From Catajapyx aquilonaris (Eukaryota), in contig JYFJ02003250.1 of NCBI GenBank assembly GCA_000934665.2, positions 1 to 44,554 of the forward strand: a stretch of DNA of 44,554 bases. The letters run 5' to 3'. The notes beneath the pieces are model-generated. The model was not told where the DNA came from and made no database searches. It was given only the letters and a program-made list of their open reading frames with translations. Within the stretch, counting starts at the first letter, position 1; each line of letters begins with the position of its first letter. The translations under genes and the position numbers were made by a program. Shown here one piece after another: positions 36,547 through 44,554 of this stretch.

Positions 36547-39500
36547 ACAATGCTGTGATGATGGGATAGTGGTGATGTTAGATGTTGGATGATGATGATA
36601 CGAAAAGGTTTTTAATATGGTAAATGAAATTAATTTATTGCATACCACCCAGGTGACAGTTATGGATTGCGAAGTTACGTCGTCTTCCTTGACTAACACC
36701 CCAATTGGTGGATTTGGAACTGAAGGAGAAAGCAATGGTATTTCGTATATCCCTAAATATCGTCAATCATTATTCTTACAAGGAATCAGAGTCACTCACT
36801 GGTACAAGAAGTCTTGTATTCGGCTTGAGGTATTCGATCACCGTCGTACATATTCCCATCGCTTGTTCTCAATACGACACGCACAAAGTACTCTGTGTCT
36901 GATCTTAACCCAGACAGTTCGTATCGGGTGCGATTGTCGTAACTAGCGATTTTTTGCCATTTTCTTTCCATCCATGTGGATGTCGCGTCGTCGACTCGCT
37001 GAAAACAATAGGGGAAAAGTATGCATATCGGTCCACTCAAAGGGTCCATGTCACTGTCGTCACTTGAGATGATCAAGTGCGGCATATACCGACCTTGAAC
37101 TGCACTCGGAATTGTGTTGGGAATCCTTCCCCTTCGAAATGTGCAGGAACGATCGGAATGGACAACTCCAGAGACCGTGACCCTGCTTCAGATGCGAGTG
37201 AAGGCGGAATGTTCAAGTAGGGATAAGCTGCAGTTGACAACAGAATGAAAGTGCAGTAGTTAATAGTCAACAAGCCACATCAGCTGTACGAGAATAACCA
37301 TCACTCGCAATAATACAGTAATAGCTGCTCACTCAATTTGCAGACTGGAAGAACGTATCCGGGCTGGCATCCTCCTGGACAGTTTCCGGTGTAAATGTCA
37401 CAAAATCCGGAGCCCGAGCAGTTCCCGCACTTCTGTTGGCAGCCTGGACCGTAGTTTCCATTTCGACACACTTGCAACAGAAGGAGAGACATGGACTGGT
37501 ACATTGTGCTGGGTTGCGTAGATGTAGCAGATAGTAGATGTTACAAGAAACTACGAGTAGTAGTGTGCACGATAGAACTACGTGTCTGTATACTTACATG
37601 CCTGGCATTCCTCATACTTATATTGCGTCCAGTATCCCGATGCGCAGGAACACAGTGTTGGAGGCGACGCTCGACACAGCGTGTAACCCTTGCAGTCATT
37701 ACCTGTGCAGGTGCCTTTGCAGTCCTTCCCAAACAAGCTGCGTCCACACCCTGTAAGGCACAATATTGTTATTCTGGAACTGAAATATTTGATATTGAAA
37801 TTTGTCCGCACGAAAACTGTGAAGTCAAAGTGAAAAGTTGCTGCTTCAAAAATATTGTTGTTATGAATGTAATAAACTATCTTAAGAGTATCTGCTCACC
37901 AAATTGGCAACGATTTCCATTGAAACCGGGGGGACAGAGACACACACCGTCACCACATGACCCTCCGCTCAGGCACTCGCGGTCACACTTGGCTGGAAAA
38001 TATAATTATATACGGTAACTTATGCCTACTGTGTATAAAGAGCTACAAGTAGGGCTGGATTGGTATATACCACAGGCCAGGGATTTGCTTACAAGGCAAG
38101 TTATTGTTATTGGTCAGCAGAAATCGAGGCAGAAATATAACCTGACAAGTGGTAAGAATAATTACTCTGAAAAACCAGAATCGATTATGCAGCGGGAGCC
38201 GAAGGTGCTTATAAGGATTCACTTTTTAAAAATCATCACCACTAACTGTAAGTGCTACGTGCTAAAGCCTATTTAATTGACGTCCCATTCAGAAGTTACT
38301 AGGCTTCTGCTGATCATTAACAAAGGGGGCAACCACTTCCCGAATAGGTGTACCAGTACATTGGTTCTTAGAACTGTGTGTGGCGGAACCATGTTTCCAT
38401 GTGGATATTTCTGGTTCTATGTCGGTTCCACCAGCTTCCAGAAAATGCATGCATCCTAGTGGTCCCACATTGTTCCCACAAAACCATGTTCCTTATGAAT
38501 CCCATAATAGTTCAATTAGGAGCCACGTACACTACGGAATAGTTACATTCCGGTTCCACACTGACCTGTACAGTAGGGCGGCTCGAAAAACACTTTTTTT
38601 CGAAAGTTGTAGTTCGCTAGTGAAAAAAAGTTGTGTTGGGCGATCCTTTTAACAGGTAAAAAATCTGAGTCATGTGGGTTAATATCCTACGGCTCCGCCA
38701 GGGGCGTAAGTGACGCAACTTCCGGTTTTTAGTTTTTTGGTGTGTGAGTACACTTACCCGGCCTAAACATGAAAAGTTGTGGCCCCCCGGGGGTGAAATG
38801 TCGTTATTTTCGCGATATGTTGCACCGTTGACGAGATATTGACCAAAACCCCAGGTTCAAAAAAACACCGTTCTGCAAAAAAAAAACACTCTCTTCGCTA
38901 TTTTGAAAACCTTTATGTGCTTTTTATGGATTTTGGGGTGCTGAATCCGAATCCGGCAACAGATTTGCTCCATCACGTACAGCTTTTGAGATATATCGTT
39001 TTAAAACTTTGGACGGTTTACTAGGGGTCTTTCCGAATCAAGTGGGCCTAAATGTTGTTAGACCGCCTCGGATCTTTGTGAAAATAATCACAGATGTACT
39101 AATCTATTCCTTAACGCTTCCTATAAAAATTCAGCCATATTGCTCAATACTATGATGAGGGGAAAAATCGCAAACATCTGGAAATGGCTGAGAATGAGGC
39201 CTTTTTTGGAGTTTTTTTTTCGGTTAGTGCAAGTGGTCAAACCCCAATGAACATATATATCAAAAGAAAGGGAAGCACCAGGACAATGCGCCTATGGAAT
39301 TAGTATTCCTCTAAAATGTAAAAAAATATTTTTATAGCATTTCATTGGTCACTTGCACAGTCACATGCCCAAGAATATATTGTGACCTCAACATGTTCTG
39401 CAGAAAAATTCTATTTTGGATAAAGGTAGATGCACTATATAGATTAAGGTGTGCTGAATCCAGATCTGAAGTCAGAATGGCTCTATCACGTACATATTTT

Positions 39501-42500
39501 GAGAAAACGCAAATTTTGGGAGATACGACACTTAAATCAAGAATTGTTGTTTTTCACAGTTGTCGCAGTGTATATTCAGGACTTCGTAAGGGTTTTCCCC
39601 GCAGGACTGCCCGAACCAGTGATATACGTTTTTGTATAAGTGTAAAAGGTGCGAGAGGGAGTCGGCCAAGGACAGTCGATTATAATTGTTGAGGTCACAA
39701 TATATTCTTGGGCATGTGACTGAGCAAGTGACAAATGAAATGCTATAAAAATTTATTTTTACATTTTAGAGGAATACTAATTCCATAGGCGCATTGTCCT
39801 GGTGTTTCCCTTTCTTTTGATATATATGTTCATTGGGGTTTGACCACTTGCACTAACAGAAAAAAAATCTCCAAAAAAGGCATAATTCTCAGCCATTTCC
39901 AGATGTTTGCGATTTTTCCCCTCATCATAGTATTGAGCAATATGACTGAATTTGTATAGGAAGCGTTAAGGAATAGATGAGTACATCTGTGATTATTTTC
40001 ACCAAGATCCAAGGCGGTCTAGCAACATTTAGGCCCACTTGATTCAGAAAGACCCCTAGTAAACCGTCCAAAGTTTTAAAACGATATATCTCAAAAACTG
40101 TACGTGATAGAGAAAATCTGTTGCCGGATTCGGATTCAGCACCCCAAAATACATAAAAAGCACATAAAAGGTTTCAAATCATCGAAAGAGAGTGTTTTTT
40201 TGCAGAACGGTGTAATTTTTGAACCTGGGGTTTTGGTCAATATCTCGTCAACGGTGCAAGATATCGCGAAAATAACGACATTTCACCCAGAAAGGGCCAC
40301 AACCTTTCATGTTTAGGCCGGGTAAGTGTACTCGCACACCAAAAAACTAAAAACCGGAAGTTGCGTCACTTACGCCCCTGGCGGAGCCGTAGGATATTAA
40401 CCCACATGACTCAGATTTTTTACCTGTTAAAAGGATCGCCCAACACAACTTTTTTTCACTAGCGAACTACAAGTTTCGAAAAAAAGTGTTTTTCGAGCCG
40501 CCCTACTGTACAGTGTACACCGTACAGAGAGTGGTAACCTTATTGATTTCTATATTGGTACTGAAACTACTTGTATATAGTTGATCCNTTGATAAGTAGT
40601 CTAATGACGTAACATTGTGAGTGTTTTTACATTCAGATCAAGCGTCGCATTTTGTATAGGTATAAAGGTAAGTGTAGCTTCGATAATGTGCTACACAATC
40701 ATGTGATCTTTGAGACGGAAGGCTTGAATAATTGTGGACTGCAGTAGTGTATAATGCAATGGAAAACTTACCAGGCTCTTTCACTACACTTCTGAAGACT
40801 GGTCGGCAGTAAACGTTGTTGGTATTCTGTGGATCTCCAATGGGCTGGAACTTGCGCTCTGTCGAGTCACACGTGTCTGGGAATTATTACAAGTTAGTAT
40901 TGTAATTTTTGAGGTGTGAATGTTTGGCCTTGTCATTACAGACGATGGTTGACAAGGCAAATGAAACACACCAAAAACTGCGGGAACTGAAAGGAGACAG
41001 TTGATATTGTGGTTTCAGCATTTTGATGCTGAGGTGTACCGACAACTGAAAGTGCAATATTTAAGAAAGTGCATTTTTCCAGGAAACAATTTGCATCATG
41101 AACGTCACCATAAATACTTTAGTTCCATATATTCCATTGCAAAATATACTCATTAGTCATTACGAAACCACACGAGATTCAGAGAAGCCAATATGGCAAA
41201 AAATATAATCCTATTTAGGTTTCCTTTTTTTTGCATTTATAAACAGGACCTCCTGAGGCATCAGGCCACGGTGCATTTCAGTATAGGCATACTATACAAT
41301 GGAATGCACTGGCCCAGATCCATGGCCCATGGGGTTTAACATGAAGACGTTAGGGATTGTTTACCGCAGCAATCAGTTTCAAAATACTGTAGGAATAAAC
41401 TTTTCACTATCTAAAATAAGATAACCCTGTAATGCCCCTTGGGTCATATCTGGCACACCATTTAGTGCAATTTGGCACTTACAAGAAATATAAAAATTGC
41501 AAAAGTTGCAAAAATTGCACTAAATGGTGTGCCAGATATGACCCAGTGGGCATTACTTAGATTAGTGGGCATTACAGGGTTAAATTCACTTGACTGGATT
41601 TTATTTAAACTGGTTGATGGGGCCTTGAACAATACATAACACTTTCCTTAAAAAATTAGGAAATTTGTAGCACACCATCCTGTATTTAGATATTTAATAA
41701 TCCCTAAATATTTTGCATCAATTATATTCAAAAGACTTAATATCGTGCCATGTTGATCAGAATCTTATCAAGGTTTACGCCAGCTGCACCCTTTGTTATA
41801 CCTTTGTTTTGGCCACATGACCTGACATCGTCAATTACGACAATACTGCTGGATGGAGCTTGTTGGGGTATCACTCCTTCGAACTTAACGTAATATCTGC
41901 CACGTGGTAATTCCGCAACTTTGTGCTTCCACTCCAATTCCTGGATTAAAGAAATGAGACAATATACAAATGCATGTTTCACTGGAAATGCCAATTTGTG
42001 CTTCTACGGAAGTCCAGAAATGAGTTTCGCGTAGGCCTATTAATATATTTAGGCTGATATTTCACTTACAGTTAGTCGATGTTTGCAACACATCTATCAG
42101 TAGTACCGGTATGTTTTCTGGAATAATGAGGTTTGACATTGTCTAGCCAGGACCTGCTCGTTTCCGACTACGGTACTCTTGTACATGAAGGGTACCTTTA
42201 TCCGGATATTTTTTTACCCTATAGTTATAATATAAATGCACGAAACTTGTTTTTGGACTTGAACCCCAGTACGCCAGATTGGAAAAAGTGCGCTCTCACC
42301 TGATCCCCATCCGAGGCTATTCTTTCGAGCGGAACGTAATGTCCATCTGGTGGAGCTGTGTAGATGTTCAGTTCAACTCCAGAGTGAGGTGATAGCAAGT
42401 ACCAAAAACTAATGAATGTAGACGATTCTCCTTCGCTTTTAATGTAAGCGTGAATGCCTCCAACAATTCTGTCATTAGTCGTTCCGCCTTGACTTTTTCC

Positions 42501-43833
42501 CAAGTAGAAGAACTTCTCTGAAAATTAATGTTGTACTTGTACTGTATGATGCATTCTACTAAAACATGCCTATGACATCACTTTTGATTTGGACTCCTTC
42601 CGGATAAGTAACTCACTAGTGCTCAGTTTCCATGAGAGTGGAGTTGTGCCATAATAACCCAACCCAAATGAGGAGTACTTCACATCAATGGTCTCTCTGC
42701 GCTCAACATATTTAAATATTTCCTGGTAAGGAGCAAGTGATCCCAGTCGTACTGTTTTCTCTTGATATGAGAGCCAGAAGTGTCTCCATTCATTACTGTT
42801 CAGGAATGTTCCCTGCAGAGAAAATAACAGCATATTAATTTAATTGTATTAAGGATAGGCTACTCTTAACTGAAGGATTAAGGATTATATTGTCATCAAG
42901 TCAGAAATGAGTTGAATTTTAAGGAGGCGGAATGCTAGGGCGGAATGGAGCTTCGGAAACATACTCTCCCACGGATGGAAGACCTGGTCTGTCCCCCCTG
43001 GGTCATCTCTGCTGGCTCCGTCTCGGGGCGGGATATCCCACGGCCTTTCGAGAGAGCATCAAGCTTGCTCTCTCGAAAGGTCGTGGGATATCCACTCCTC
43101 TAACCACCCGGGGAGTAAAGCCACAAAATGACCAGGACAGGCATTGCACAATGCACAATTGCACATGCTTCTTGCACAGCCTCTCCCTGTCACCATACCC
43201 TTCCCACGGCCCGGATACACATCTCAAGGAGGTTATCATTGCGATGATGGTGGTGGTATAGTGGTGGTGATTTCCACCCCATTAGAAATATGAAAATATC
43301 CGTTTATTATTATTAATTATTATTATTACACTCTGCACTCACCGCTTTGGCAGCATGCCAGTTTTGCTTCGGGTTCGTGTACGAATAACTTCCTCCACGT
43401 CGCCTTCTCAGAGCGGCCCTTGCATTGTCCCATCCCCCAATGATGATCCAGTAGTGGTCGTCACTCTCGTCTGGTCTCTCCTCAGCAGCAAGAAATACGA
43501 AAGCATCATCAGTCCCTTTCACAGAGAAGGATATGTTGTAGGCGTTTGTTGGAACAGACTCGGTTACTCTATTTCCTTGCCTAATGGTTGTCCCATTGAT
43601 TCCTGGAACGCAAGTAGTTTTTAGGCTAAATCGTCTTATTTTTTTACTGCAATGTTTGTATAATGACAGTAATGCAGCCATACGTTCCCATCTGACGTCA
43701 GTGATCGGGGGTACATCCACTTCCCAGCTGGACACCACTCTCCATCCCCCTTCCAATGTCCACGATGACGATGGACAGCCGCCTTCCGTGTTCGGGTCAC
43801 ATAAGAGCGTTCCTTGGCTGCTTAATATTTCAC
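27951..43833 (-). CDS. Receptor-type protein tyrosine phosphatase, paralogue B (MAM-like domain with FAMeT-like insert, Tie-like EGF x3, 6 FN3 plus membrane-proximal domain, TM, PTP D1, pseudo-PTP D2); 5' end not resolved
   Basis: D1 motifs [47 protein letters not shown]2 LVCYDGATACG. Ends FETYANFQ* (stop 27951-27953). [23 protein letters not shown] (about 30755-30820); FN3 exons about 32150-37230; EGF exons 37333-37470, 37598-37750, 37900-37992; N-terminal exons 41802-41940, 42300-42517, 42617-42812, 43343-43602, 43684-43833. Exons between about 38000 and 41800 are uncertain and no signal-peptide exon was identified. Confidence 0.88.
32584..32984. mobile_element. Possible degenerate hAT-like MITE in an RPTP-B intron
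   Basis: CAGGGGCGTATAGC (32584-32597) with 12-bp inverted match GCTATACGCCCC (32971-32982). No TSD seen. Confidence 0.3.
33508..33803 (+). mobile_element. tRNA-derived SINE, copy 2 (antisense in an RPTP-B intron)
   Basis: A-box-like TGGCGGAGGGG (33521-33531), B box GGTTCGAATCC (33565-33575), (ATT)n tail, 14-bp TSD AACTGCCGAACAAG at 33494-33507 and 33804-33817. Same 5' start ACCGAAGCAGT as copy 1. Confidence 0.92.
36484..36546. repeat. (GTA)21 microsatellite abutting a splice acceptor of RPTP-B
   Basis: Perfect trinucleotide array; on the - strand it reads (TAC)n-AG|AATTCTGCG. Confidence 0.95.
38571..40508. mobile_element. 1.94-kb fold-back non-autonomous DNA transposon with about 820-bp inverted arms and TA TSD (Tc1/mariner/pogo-type ends)
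   Basis: TA|CAGTAGGGCGGCTCGAAAAACAC... and ...GTGTTTTTCGAGCCGCCCTACTG|TA. Arms 38571-39393 and 39687-40508 are near-identical reverse complements around a 293-bp spacer; no transposase ORF. Confidence 0.93.
41425..41579. mobile_element. piggyBac-type hairpin MITE in an RPTP-B intron
   Basis: ATAA|CCCTGTAATGCCC...GGGCATTACAGGG|TTAA. Long internal inverted repeat TGGGTCATATCTGGCACACCATTTAGTGCAATTT / AAATTGCACTAAATGGTGTGCCAGATATGACCCA, with a local duplication of AGTGGGCATTAC in the right arm. Confidence 0.75.
42987..43142. other. GC-rich extended hairpin (28-bp core stem, 7-nt loop) in an RPTP-B intron; structured RNA, pre-miRNA or repeat candidate
   Basis: GGATATCCCACGGCCTTTCGAGAGAGCA (43031-43058) pairs with TGCTCTCTCGAAAGGTCGTGGGATATCC (43066-43093) with one G-U. 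Flanks can also pair (CTCGGG/CCCGGG, TGGCT/AGCCA, GGTCAT/ATGACC, GTCTGTCC/GGACAGGC). Confidence 0.6.
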
Positions 43834-43976
43834 CTTTCGAGATATAAGTATGCATGATTGAGCACTCGAATTAATTACTGTGTTCTAGATGCAGCATTAT
43901 TTTTCAAAAAGTGCAATAAATAACAGACGCAAAGTAATGAGGAGTACAGTCACTGAAAGAAGTAAGGTATATAGAG

Positions 43977-44070
43977 ACCCAAATCTGGCGGCATTAGCTT
44001 CCAACAGAGGCGCTCAGCTCTCTCCTTCACGAAGAAGAGCCTCTCTTGGGGGCTAATGTCAGGTTTGGGT
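43977..44070. repeat. Imperfect 94-bp inverted repeat (hairpin or MITE remnant)
   Basis: ACCCAAATCTGGCGGCATTAGCTTCCAACAGAGGC / GCCTCTCTTGGGGGCTAATGTCAGGTTTGGGT. Confidence 0.55.
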
Positions 44071-44304
44071 AATTGGGCCCCAACTCCTTTTTAAAGCGAC
44101 TGCTGTCAGAAACCAATAATTATTCCGGTTGAAGGTTAGTTATAGAATTCATTGTGTATAGTGCTACATTACCATGAACTGTAAGGTACAGTAGGCCTAC
44201 GTTTTAAACCAAACGTCTTGTTTCAAGGTAGAGTGAGGGGTACTACCTAGGGAAACATCCTGTATAGTGTATATGCATATGCGTGTGAAGGACAGCAACG
44301 GTAT

Positions 44305-44422
44305 ACCGGTACCGTATAATATACGGTACCGGTCAGTTATCAAAAAGTTACCCACGAATCTGGAACACCCTGTATATTATACAGGGTGTTCCAGATTCGT
44401 GGGTAACTTTTTGATAACTGAC
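44305..44422. repeat. Two adjacent perfect palindromes; the larger is made of back-to-back mariner-like termini
   Basis: 14-bp arms ACCGGTACCGTATA-A-TATACGGTACCGGT (44305-44333) and 45-bp perfect arms (44332-44376, 44378-44422) centred on ACACCCTGTATA-T-TATACAGGGTGT. Confidence 0.85.
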
Positions 44423-44554
44423 ATCGCCCGATAGCAGTTATTTTTAAAGCTTGTTGTGCCCCTAACCATGTGCTCCATTCTATAGCACTTGCTATATTCG
44501 ATCCCCAGTGGGTCGAAGTAGCAGTAGTTATAGAATGGGGCACATGGTTACGGG

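Noticed and set aside
36233..36735. Poly-Leu, poly-Tyr and poly-Ser ORFs
   Set aside because: Translations of the intronic (GTA)21 microsatellite.
38839..40316. Short ORFs inside the large fold-back element as transposase
   Set aside because: All are 115 aa or shorter with no DDE/D or HTH motifs visible.
7408..44200. Recurrent short palindrome (G)TAGGCCTA(C) at several intronic and intergenic sites
   Set aside because: Scattered, irregularly spaced 8-10-mers with no array structure; not CRISPR-like and no function can be supported.
1..44554. CRISPR arrays, rRNA, hammerhead or HDV ribozymes
   Set aside because: No repeat-spacer periodicity or rRNA-like sequence. The CTGATGA hits I noticed lacked an evident hammerhead context; a covariance-model search was not possible.

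Overview
Eukaryotic, intron-rich genomic DNA from an invertebrate (probably an arthropod; inferred from protein families, short 60-100 bp introns and repeat types). It is not prokaryotic: no operons, CRISPR arrays or rRNA. Contents in order: (1) a + strand tandem array of three 5-exon class I SAM methyltransferase paralogues (Methyltransf_11, DDB_G0268948-like), the middle one a pseudogene, with a shared GC-AG intron in the intact pair; (2) a - strand, full-length, apparently intact but very divergent and largely GC-rich ABCA-subfamily transporter whose two nucleotide-binding domains have lost most catalytic motifs; (3) two - strand tandem receptor tyrosine phosphatase paralogues (active D1, pseudo D2, RPTPalpha-like YxNF tail) with different ectodomains. 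The larger one carries a FAMeT (Methyltransf_FA)-like module apparently inserted inside a MAM-like domain, followed by Tie-like EGF repeats and FN3 repeats. Introns and spacers hold two tRNA-derived SINE copies with target-site duplications, two large fold-back DNA elements, several MITEs, microsatellites and some strong hairpins. Exon boundaries were read by hand and family calls come from remembered motifs, not database searches.
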